A stretch of 64,000 nt of DNA from positions 9,837,859 through 9,901,858 of the forward strand of contig NC_134036.1 of NCBI RefSeq assembly GCF_964204645.1. The letters run 5' to 3'. Source of the stretch: Tubulanus polymorphus (lineage: Eukaryota > Animalia > Nemertea). The position numbers and the translations under genes were made by a program. A model generated the notes under the pieces. It was not told the DNA's origin and did not search any database. It saw nothing but the letters and a program-made list of their open reading frames with translations. Below, piece after piece: positions 11,042 to 20,933 of this stretch; position 1 is the first letter of the stretch; each line of letters begins with the position of its first letter.

Positions 11042-12293
11042 CCACTGATTTAAAATTTTATTCACATCGATTTACAGTAGGACATTTTGTTTGAGAATTG
11101 GAAATTAATCAAGGAATCACTGCCCTTGAAAATCGTGTCAATGAACCTATTAGTGTAAAATGGTTACTATGAACCGCAGCCTTTTAATCATTAAATATAC
11201 TCCCCTTCCCCCTTATCCCCACCCCACGTAGTCATACAACTTGAAACCGTATTTACTGTGGCCTGGTAAGAGTGTGATATTCAGTTAATGAAATTCGATT
11301 GTTATACAGCTGCAAATATATAATAAAACAGTTTGGAAAATCTAAATTTTCATTCTTCGAATTGTTGAATCTTTTCATTTTCGTTGATCATTTTTGTATA
11401 CAACACACAAATACAAACAGTAGTTTATCAAAGCTTTATTGTAGCTGGACGAGACATATTTCTGTGAAAATCCGCTGTAGAAATGAAGTCATGTAATCAA
11501 TCATTAATCATTGATTCATAGTTTGATTGACTTCATACAACTTAAATCCGCATATTCCGGTAACACTTCAGTAAAATACAATTACCGTTAATGTGTATAA
11601 CACTCCAGAACAAAAAGACATTGGAGCCATAGTTTGATCTTGCGCCTAGCCTTCACTTGTGGTTGCGTGTCACGACCGAATGCGTTTCATATAACCCGGT
11701 AGGGTAGGTAGTTTGTGTCCTTCACTCTGCCGATATCTTTCATATTCTATGAACCGTTACAATAACGGGTATTATATATTTCTATGGTTCATTTTGTAAC
11801 ACGCATTTCGCCATAAGCCTGCGTTTGAACACTCATGCAATGACGAGCGTGGTTGTGGTCGCGTCGTGGGGTAAGTTCGATATTTTTCTTACACTATTTC
11901 CTTGATAGTTTGAGGGTTTTCCTCCAATATCTTTCTCGTGTTTTATATTCTAGAATATTCGACGATGATATGGAAAAAGTAGATATTAAATATTCAGACG
12001 GAGTTGTAGTTGAATAGTTCTATCTGGACTGGTGAGAATGGATCAACTTGTTTGGATGCGCCTGGTGCTGAGCTGTGGACAGGACTAGCGAAATAAACTA
12101 CGACCGGCGAGATGAACTTAACGTATATACATAGTTTATTTTCAGTACAGCACTATGGCATCTGATAAACAGCGGCGATTCAAATCTACAAATACACATG
12201 TTGTAAACACACTAAATATATGTTTTTGAACTGATTTTACATAATATTCCGGTACTTCTAACAGATGATTTTGACACTTAACAGGTTAACATA

Positions 12294-12439
12294 AGTAATA
12301 GGGAATATGGGGGTTCATACCAAAGGTCGAACGGTCGAGCTCATAAAAAAATAAATTCTCGCACACTCGAATTTACTTTTTATTTTTTACTCGCCCGCCC
12401 CTTCAACCTTTGATATGAACCCCCATATTCCCTATTACT
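12294..12439. repeat. Polinton terminal fold-back hairpin B (element end at 12294)
   Basis: AGTAATAGGGAATATGGGGGTTCATACCAAAGGTCGAA ... TTCAACCTTTGATATGAACCCCCATATTCCCTATTACT. Confidence 0.9.
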
Positions 12440-12519
12440 CTTAAAATATTCATATATATGAATAACATATAAATGGATAAATTCTAAAATCAATTTAGTA
12501 ACAAATATTTGATATTAAA

Positions 12520-13170
12520 ATGGAACCAGAACAATCACAATTTATCAATATTACAAATAACACTGGTGTTATAAATATATACTACAAGCAATGTTCTAAA
12601 TGTGAATTAGATAAATTAGCTATAACAGAATTTAGTAAGCGTAAGATTAGCAAAGATGGTTTTCAATATTGCTGCAAAACTTGTATTAAACTATATACCA
12701 AGCAATATCGAGCAGATAATAGAGAACATTATAATGATTATATGACAGAATATATGAGAGGAAGATATAAAACAGATCTTAATTTTAAAATGAAACAATG
12801 TTTAAGGTCTAGATTAACACAATTATTCAACAAAGAAACGCATTCAGAAACACTATCTAATTTGTTGGGTTGTACAGATGAATTTCTCAAATCATGGATA
12901 ATATATCAATTCGACGATAAAATGAATATAGATAATTATGGTGAATACTTTCATATTGATCACGTGTTGCCGATTTTAAATTTGATATGAGCGGTGAATA
13001 CGTTAAAAAACTAATTTTGAATTGCAAAAATTTAAGACCCTTGAAAAGAAAGAAAATATAATTGAATCTAATAAACTAGATTTACAGTTATATTTAGATC
13101 AAGTGGTTAAAGCAAAGACATTTGTTGAATTATGGAATTCAACACAGAATGAAAAACACGTTGAATCTTA
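12520..13170 (+). pseudogene. Stand-alone Zn-finger + HNH/endonuclease-VII-like nuclease (large-DNA-virus type), frameshifted near 12975
   Basis: CSKC..EF..KDG..CKTC, LRSRL, LLGC, QF..M..NYGEYFHIDHVLP. Continues in shifted frames as ..KNLRPL(E)KKEN..SNKLDLQLYL.., matching 25667-25909. Confidence 0.8.
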
Positions 13171-13629
13171 AGCGTTTATAATAAGAACTCTACTCGAGTC
13201 GCTCGTGTATGTGTGTATATAGTTATCCATTATAACTGCCTATATGCAATTATACTAACATCTGTGCCACATTTTATATTCAGTTGAATGGGATGTACCT
13301 CATTTGAATATTGATCGAATGTGCTATTTCAGTTGAAAAGGATTAATCAATTACATCACAAAGGAACATCTGTTGCTTAGACAGACAGTGCCTGGGTATA
13401 TTGAGCGCAGTCGCATTACAACAGCCGAACTGAACAGACGGAATATATAGAACGTATAAGATTTTTCTCTAGAAACACAATTAGGAGTTTACAGTTATAA
13501 ATGTAAGTACTGTTTTTGTTGTTATTAAGACGCAGGGAAACGTTAAACATGTTTAAGTGCTGTAATTGATATTTGACAACTACAACTTCAAGTTAGTTTT
13601 ATTCTACATTCTAGATATTTGGTAAAAAA

Positions 13630-14349
13630 ATGTCATACAGATCAAGTACTCCATCTACTCCAAAACTGACGCAAGAAAGGGAGGAGCCAGAATGTATGGA
13701 TGTCAACACACCATCACAAGAGACTGTAATAGATATAGAAGACAAAAATATCGAAAAACTCAGGAAACAAATGGATTATTATAAACAATTAGTGTCAACT
13801 TTGGACGAAGTAATGACAACCATACAAGAATTACCAAAAATACCAACACCAAGTTTAAAAACATTATTAGGACTTAAAGAAAATAGAATCAAATTGAACG
13901 GTTATGAACTACACGAATATTTAAAATCAAAATTAATGGATCATAGAGATTTATCGAACATTAGTGAAATAGACGCGCATTTATTTTCAGAAATTAGTGG
14001 ATTACTGATAAGCGAGTATGAAAAATTGTTAACGAAACAAACAAATCATATTTGGAATTTTATAATTTTTGGGAATTCCTTGAATAAAGGGTTTGTTCTT
14101 TTCCACTCGACTCAAACTATAAATATTTCATGGGCTAATTGGGGTTAAGAAAATATACATATTAGTGTCGGGTATGAAAGAAAACTTAGATGGATTGGGA
14201 AATTATATTCATTTAAAAAATTTCAATTATTGGGTTTACCATTTGATACCGTTATTAATCATTTGACAGAAATCGAAAAAATGTTTGAAAATTACCCCGA
14301 AATCAAAGAATTCTGGTCGGAATTATATGATCCCAATGATGATTTATAA
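13630..14349 (+). pseudogene. Uncharacterised ~239-aa protein with one internal stop (14146-14148) and a 5'-UTR intron (13503-13614)
   Basis: The frame stays open after TAA: ENIHISVGYERKLRWIGKLYSFKKFQLLGLPF..FWSELYDPNDDL*. A gtaagt...ttctag intron lies just upstream of the ATG, and AATAAA occurs downstream. Confidence 0.6.
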
Positions 14350-14913
14350 CAGCAGTTGTTTTTCATACAATATAGATTTTTTGTATTAGTATTATATTTA
14401 CCCTAATTGCATTTTCTATTATTCTATGTTCAGCTATTGTTAATGTCGCAGTGACAGATGTTGTATTATACTTTATTGATTCCTGCATTCCACGCATACC
14501 TTACCGCTCGGCTCCCGAGCGGCTTGGAATGTGGAAATCGATAATGATTGTAGAATAAAATATATGTGTTTATGAAATAGTAATTCCACCAGTCGTTTCT
14601 CTAATTGAATAATACGACAACGTTTTGAGATGATGACGAAGATGATGTCGATTTAATATTTATCTTATATATCTGTCTATCAATATCATTCAAAACTACA
14701 AAATAAACGAAACAGAAATTAATACATGTACATTGACCTTCACAAAGTATCACTTATGTAATATAGAAAAAATATAATCAGGAACTTACTCGTTGCCTAT
14801 ATATGTATTACATGATGTCTTGACCAGCATGGTTAGGAGAGTGTCTACATAATGCCCAGATCTATATATTGTAAGCCTTACATAGAAATATTGTTGACCA
14901 ATGAAATGCCCAA

Positions 14914-15418
14914 GGCTGCGTTTTTCAAAGCGGTGATAAGCCCTATCCCGGTGATAAATCGCTATCCCGGTGTTAAATATTTTTATCACTGTGATAGTGT
15001 TTTTCAAACCTGTGTTAACTTTATCACCGGGATAAAATCAGCTATCCCAGTGATAAAGTTAACACACCTCCGACGTGGTGATAGCAACACTATCACCAGG
15101 ATAAATTATCAAAATGGCTGCCATTTTTTATGATGATATCTATCAAGAACGAATTTATAGACACCCACGCCGCTATCGATATCACGAAACAGTTAAATTT
15201 GTAATTAATGATTATTTAGAAAATGAAGTGAGACAGAAATATAGCTTTAGTTCGGAAAATATCACACGAATAATAGATTTAATTCGAGAAGATATAACGT
15301 ATGATACACAACGTTCCAAAGCACTTTCTGCTGAGTTACAAGTGAAGGTTGCTCTCCGATATTACGCAACGGATAGTTATTTGGATGCACTTGGTGACAC
15401 ATTTGGTCTTGTTAAATC
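14914..15418 (+). mobile_element. PIF/Harbinger 5' end with HARBI1-like transposase N-terminus (ATG 15114), truncated by a Polinton end
   Basis: Subterminal palindromic tatc(a/c)c.g.gata repeats. Protein ..KYSFS..RSKALSAELQVKVALRYYATDSYLDALGDTFGLVKS matches the Harbinger HTH region. Confidence 0.85.
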
Positions 15419-16812
15419 AGTAATTGGAAGATGTGGGTTTCATACCAGAGGGCGAGAGGGCGAGACACCACTCATCACCGCAAGTAATTTTTTTTCCTAA
15501 TAAATGGGAGAGAATGAACACCAGCCAGAAAACAATAATGTTAATAAAAATCAATATTATTGCCAATATTGTAAAAAATACATCGATACATCTCCTAAAA
15601 CACGACATGAAAAAACTGCAAATCATATAAAAAATGTAATAGATTTTGAAACTCCAGAAAATTCCAATGAAAGAAAAGAAAGATTAGAAAATATGAATGT
15701 GGATGAAATAAAATGTGAAGTTTGTAATGAATTTATAGTAAAAAGGAATTATAATAGACATCTCGAATCACAAAAACACCGCCAAAATTTGAGTAATAAT
15801 GTTTTAGGAAAAGATTATTTTGACGATAAACCTCAAAAAGTAAAAAACCAAATTCAAAAACTAAATCCATTTCAAATAAACCTTACATGGAAAATGTTAG
15901 AAATTATATTGATTCACTAGAAATAAAAGATACAATTGAAATCTTAGAAACATTACATAGTAAAATTGGTCCTGCAGCTATTATATTTAGATTTTTTAAA
16001 GGAACAACAATAGAAGATTATAGTAAATTTAATGAAATAATAGAAAAAATACTAGATTTGATAACAGATGTTGAATATCCAAAAATTAGTATCTCTGGGA
16101 AAGTAAGTTTTATAAAGTCAGAAGAATAAATGAATTATAATATTCAAACACACTCTGAAGAAATAATTTCAAAAACACATAAAAGAGAAGTTAGAAAAAA
16201 TATTTAATGAATTTAAACGTCATATTGAAGAAAGATATTTTGAGGGTTCTGGCTTAACATTGAATGAAATTATATATTTAGATTTAAATGTTTATAATAT
16301 AAAAAGAAATAAAACATCAAAAAGTAATAAAATGTTTAAAAATGATTCAAACTTTACAACAGAAAAGGATATTAAAGCATCATCTTATATTAAATTACCA
16401 TTTACAACAAAAGCAGTAATAAATGTTCAAAATGAAGATAATAAATGTTTTCTATGGTCAAATATTAGTTGCTTACACCCAACAGAAGATATTACGCATA
16501 GTTTTAGAATAACAAATTACCGGAAATATGAAACATTATATAAAATTGATCAATATCCAGTAACTATAAAAATGATTCTTAAAATAGAAAAAGTTAATAA
16601 TTTAAAAATAAATGTATTTGAATTAATGCAATTACCAAAGACAAAAGGTGAAAATATTAAAGATTATACATTGGAAGCTTTATATTTAACAGAACATTAT
16701 GATGATGAAAATGTTATAGATTTGTTATATTACAAAAAAGATGAAAATGAACATTATATGTGGTTAAAACAAATTGATTTATTCTTTAGAACAGAAAGTG
16801 ATCATCATCGTA
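15419..16812 (+). mobile_element. Polinton end fragment (subfamily B): terminus at 15419 plus broken pPolB (ATG 15504)
   Basis: Starts AGTAATTGGAAGATGTGGGTTTCATACCAGAGGGCGAGAGGGCGAG. ORFs 15504, 15887 and 16260 are consecutive frameshifted pieces (C2H2 fingers, YPKISIS, SSYIKLP, NEDNKCFLW, EHYMWLK). Confidence 0.9.
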
Positions 16813-19426
16813 ATAATAGTAGTTGATCTATATTTGTTAACAAATCCATTTTTATATCTGTAAATTTTAATCCACAATCCCATGTTAATCCTGGTGATGA
16901 ATAACAATGACAAGGATCAATATTGAAATATTTTAGGTTTACATATCTAAACCTTTCGAATATATCGGTTAATAATAATACATCTGATTTTAAATATAAA
17001 TCTACTAATTGCCCATGATTTTCTATTTTGAAATGATTCCAAATATTCAATGTTCTATTATAAACTTCATCTTTAACATATTCAATTTTTAATTCATCAT
17101 AAAATTGTTCTTTCAATAATTCAGTTATTTCAAAATCATTATGATTTTTATGGAAAGAATATGGAATCGCTCCTTTATATCTCATTAATTTAAAATCATC
17201 ATTATTTGGGTAATATTCTTTTAATATCTTTAATTCATCATCAACTAATGATTTTGATAAGTTATCTAATGAACTATTTAAAAATCTATATGAATCTATA
17301 AATCTTAGACAACCAAATTGGAATGATATATAATTCTCAGATGTTTTAGCTAACATTCTAAATTTATAAGTTGGTATTTTATCTTTTGATCTATTTGAAT
17401 TTAATATTTCTATTTCATTATTGATTTCTTCTATTTTATAACATAACTGTTTGATAAATGAATGTGCATCATATCCTGATAGATAATGAAATATAACTGG
17501 TACAAAGTTAATTTTCTTAGCTTGTAAGTTACAATTCTCATGTGCAGCGCCTCTAAACTTTCCATTCAAATGATCATGGTCTCTTACTTTTTTATCTTTA
17601 TAATTAAATATCTTTTCACAATAATAACATTTATCTGCAAACGCAAATACTTCTTTATCTTCTTCTGTCATTATAATTTCTATATTTGTATTCAATAATT
17701 TACTAAATCTTATTTCATATTCAATTAATAAGTCACAAAAATGATTAATAACATTTTCATTTCTATAATCATAATATTCACTTTCAATTAGTTCTGGATA
17801 ATCAGATTTAATATATAACCCGAAAGCAGCAGCTGATTGATGAACCTTTTTAATAGTATTTGTTTTTGGTGGTTCATCTGAAAAATCATTTTCATTAGAA
17901 TTTAATTTCTTTCTTTTATAATTTATTTCTTTTCTATCTTGATCAGTTAGTTCTTTATTTAATGATTCAAAATCTCCATATATTACAAATGGTACTTTAT
18001 TTTTGTAATCATATTTTTTGAATTCTAATATTTTATCTTTTTCATTTGGTAAAACTAATTTACAATAATCATGATTATCACATAATTGTTTATGATTTAA
18101 TAATGTACTTTCATTACTAAATTTATGTAAACATTTTCTACATAGATATATTTTATTATGGTGATCACTTTCTGATTTAAAAAATAAATCGATTTGTTTA
18201 ATCCACATATAATGATTCTCATAATATAATATATCTATAACATCGTTTGAATCATAATCTTTTGATAGATATAAAGGTTCTAATGTATAATGTTTTATAT
18301 TGTTACCTTTTGTATTTGGTAATTTGATTAAATCAAATACATTTATCTTTATATTATTATCTCTTTCTATTTTTGGGATGTTTTTAATTCTAACAGGATA
18401 CTTATCTATCTTATAATTACTTTCAAATGGTTTATAATGAGTTAATCTAAAACTATGTGTAATATCTTCTGTTGGATGTAAACAACTTATTATAGCCCAT
18501 AGAAAACATTTATCATCTTCATTTTGTATATTTATTACAGCATTAGTTTTAAATGGTAGTTTAATATAACTTGATGCTTCAATATCTGGTTCTTTATAAT
18601 ATGATAAATTATTTTCATCAATTGGTTTTGATTTAGTTAACTTATTATATTTTGTGTTATAAACATGTAAAGTTATAAATATTATCTCATCAAATATTAA
18701 ACCAGATCCTTCAAAATATTTATCTTCTATTTTAGTTTTTATTTCATTATAACATTTATTTAATTTATCATCTATATGTTGTTTAGATATAATATGTTGT
18801 GAATGAGAATTTATATTATATATTGGTTTATCTTCAGATTTTATAAACTTTACTTTAACTGATATACTAATTTTAGGATATTCAACATCTGTAATTATTT
18901 TTATAATATTTTTCATATTTTCTAAATATTTTTTATTTTCTTCTAATGTTTTACCTTTATGAAATTTAAACTCGATAGCTGCTGGACCAATATCACTTTT
19001 AAATGCTTCGGTTATCTCTATATCTTTTTTATTATCTAATGAATTAATATAATTTCTTACATCTTCAATGTATGGTCTTTTATTGTTTAATTTATTTTTT
19101 ATGCTTTTAATTGTCTTCTGTTTCTTATCGTTATCATTATCAAAATAATCTTCACCTAAAATATCATTATTCTTATTTCTAATATGACTTATAGATTTTA
19201 AATGTTCTTTATAATATCTTTTATCACTGAATGATTGATTACATGTATCACATTTGTATGTTTCTTTTTCATTCTTTAATTCATCTAATTTAGTTTCTAA
19301 TATATTATCTTTATATTCTAGTTTTAATTTATTCTCTAAATGTGTTCTAGTTTTATTGTGTCTTGCTTTTTGAGACTTATCTATACTTATCTTACATGTT
19401 GGGCAGTAGTATTTATTTGCTTCCAT
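16805..19426 (-). CDS. Polinton/Maverick protein-primed DNA polymerase B (subfamily A), C-terminally truncated before the palm
   Basis: 873 aa: 2x C2H2, NEDDKCFLW...HYMW (OTU-like Cys/His region), CRKC..H..C finger, ExoI YGDFES, inserted EndoVII CYYC..VRDHDHLNGKFRGAAHENCN, ExoII FHYLSGYD, FIDSYRFL, ExoIII YLKSDVLLL, YSSPGLTWD. Ends before RGG/DxNSLY. Confidence 0.93.
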   Translation of the reverse strand: MEANKYYCPTCKISIDKSQKARHNKTRTHLENKLKLEYKDNILETKLDELKNEKETYKCDTCNQSFSDKRYYKEHLKSISHIRNKNNDILGEDYFDNDNDKKQKTIKSIKNKLNNKRPYIEDVRNYINSLDNKKDIEITEAFKSDIGPAAIEFKFHKGKTLEENKKYLENMKNIIKIITDVEYPKISISVKVKFIKSEDKPIYNINSHSQHIISKQHIDDKLNKCYNEIKTKIEDKYFEGSGLIFDEIIFITLHVYNTKYNKLTKSKPIDENNLSYYKEPDIEASSYIKLPFKTNAVINIQNEDDKCFLWAIISCLHPTEDITHSFRLTHYKPFESNYKIDKYPVRIKNIPKIERDNNIKINVFDLIKLPNTKGNNIKHYTLEPLYLSKDYDSNDVIDILYYENHYMWIKQIDLFFKSESDHHNKIYLCRKCLHKFSNESTLLNHKQLCDNHDYCKLVLPNEKDKILEFKKYDYKNKVPFVIYGDFESLNKELTDQDRKEINYKRKKLNSNENDFSDEPPKTNTIKKVHQSAAAFGLYIKSDYPELIESEYYDYRNENVINHFCDLLIEYEIRFSKLLNTNIEIIMTEEDKEVFAFADKCYYCEKIFNYKDKKVRDHDHLNGKFRGAAHENCNLQAKKINFVPVIFHYLSGYDAHSFIKQLCYKIEEINNEIEILNSNRSKDKIPTYKFRMLAKTSENYISFQFGCLRFIDSYRFLNSSLDNLSKSLVDDELKILKEYYPNNDDFKLMRYKGAIPYSFHKNHNDFEITELLKEQFYDELKIEYVKDEVYNRTLNIWNHFKIENHGQLVDLYLKSDVLLLTDIFERFRYVNLKYFNIDPCHCYSSPGLTWDCGLKFTDIKMDLLTNIDQLLLLR

Positions 19427-19506
19427 TTTAATACTAAATTTTTTATTAAAATTGATTTTAGAAGTTCAATGATTTAAATGTTATTCATTTATATGAATAT
19501 TTTAAG

Positions 19507-19912
19507 AGTAATAGGGATAATAGGCTTTTATATCAAAGGTTGAATGGTCGAGTTTCATTAAAAACATATATTAAAAGTAATTAAAAACTATAATATATTT
19601 TCATAACCGCGTGTATTTCAGTTGAATAATAGAATAATTATTATCATTTGAATATATTTGATTATTTGAATTTGTGTATTGTAATTAAATCAATTGGTCG
19701 CGGAGCGGAGCGGTGGCGAAGCGGAGCGACCAATTGATTTAATACAATATGCATTTAAAATTATTGATATCTTAGAATAAATATTTAGTTTTGATATAAA
19801 ATGCACGCGGTTATGAAAATATATTGTAGTTTTTTAATTACTTTTAATATTTTGTTTTTTAATGAGCTCGACCTTTCGACCTTTGGTATGAAAGCCTATT
19901 ATCCCTATTACT
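19507..19912. repeat. Polinton terminal fold-back hairpin C (element end at 19912)
   Basis: ~110-bp outer inverted arms, a poorly paired middle, and an inner stem attaaatcaattggtcgc/gcgaccaattgatttaat around a GC-rich ggagcg-repeat loop. Confidence 0.9.
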
Positions 19913-20933
19913 AGTGCTCATGAGTGTCAAAGACATGAATGAGCGAGATGTTTTCCGTGAGGAATTACCACAGATTAAACTCATGTTGTGTCTATTCCAT
20001 GTGGTGCGCAGTTTCCGGAGAGAATTTTCTACGGAGAAGATGGGGCTCTCTTCGGCGCAGCATACAGTTATTCTCGAAATTCTATCGAAATTGGCATTAG
20101 CGAAAAGTGAGGAAGAATATGATCACAGTTACAATTCGTTGTATGAACTTGGAATCAGGACTGTTAATGACTATTACAATGTCAACTGGCACCCCATACG
20201 CAGCGAATGGGTGGAATTCCACAAGAATCAGTATTCGAATTATATACTTAGAAACCATCAACCAAAAGCTTAAGTCGGTAATTACCAAAGGTTTAAGTAT
20301 GGTTATGTTTTGGCGGGATTTGATGCACTGTCTGAGCACCCTTAAAATAGAACGTGACCATCATGCTGTTGCTATTGAAACCAAGGACACGGTTAGAAGC
20401 TACACATCAGATAGTGTTCTGGCAAAGTATGAAGATCTCCTCACTCCGTATGCTTTTAGATATTTGAAGAAACATATAGAATTGGCCAGTGATGAAAATA
20501 TACGGTTGCCACTGATGATGACACAGTTTACAAGTTGTATTATAAGTCTGGGCATGAAACCAAAGGAGTTACAATCAGTACCTGTTCGTGTAGTTTTTAC
20601 TATAGTATGTCACTGCCTTGTAGGCATATTTTAGCCTGTCGTTCTAACGTTAAGTTGAATGTCTTTGACGAAACTCTTTGTGCAATTCGATGGACTAAGA
20701 ACTTTTATCGACAAAACCAGAGGGTTTTCATAACCCAACGAACAACAACTGTGCAACAGGCAAATGTTGTATGTCATACTAGTACTCAACGCAGAGTGAT
20801 GTCCCAGCACGAGAAATACAGGAAAATTTCAAGTGTGATGCATAGTATTGCTGGGGTCATAACAGATATGGGAATGCGTGATTTTCATCAAGCACACAGA
20901 CTTATGAAGGAAATCGAAGGCCACCTTTTATAG
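19913..20933 (+). mobile_element. Mutator-like (MULE) transposase with SWIM finger, frameshifted, 5' part replaced by a Polinton end
   Basis: LMSVKDMNERDVF..LCLFHV (MULE second-Asp region and CxxH), ..LETINQKLKSVI (catalytic Glu region), SWIM CSCSFYYSMSLPCRH, RWT. Possible further spliced exons to ~21660. Confidence 0.85.

Noticed and set aside
15419-15500. C-terminus of the Harbinger ORF
   Set aside because: It is translated Polinton terminal DNA, not transposase.
12294-19912. One complete Polinton bounded by hairpins B and C
   Set aside because: Orientation fits, but the hairpins differ in sequence and length, the flanks (aacata and agtgct) are not a TSD, and core genes are missing between them.
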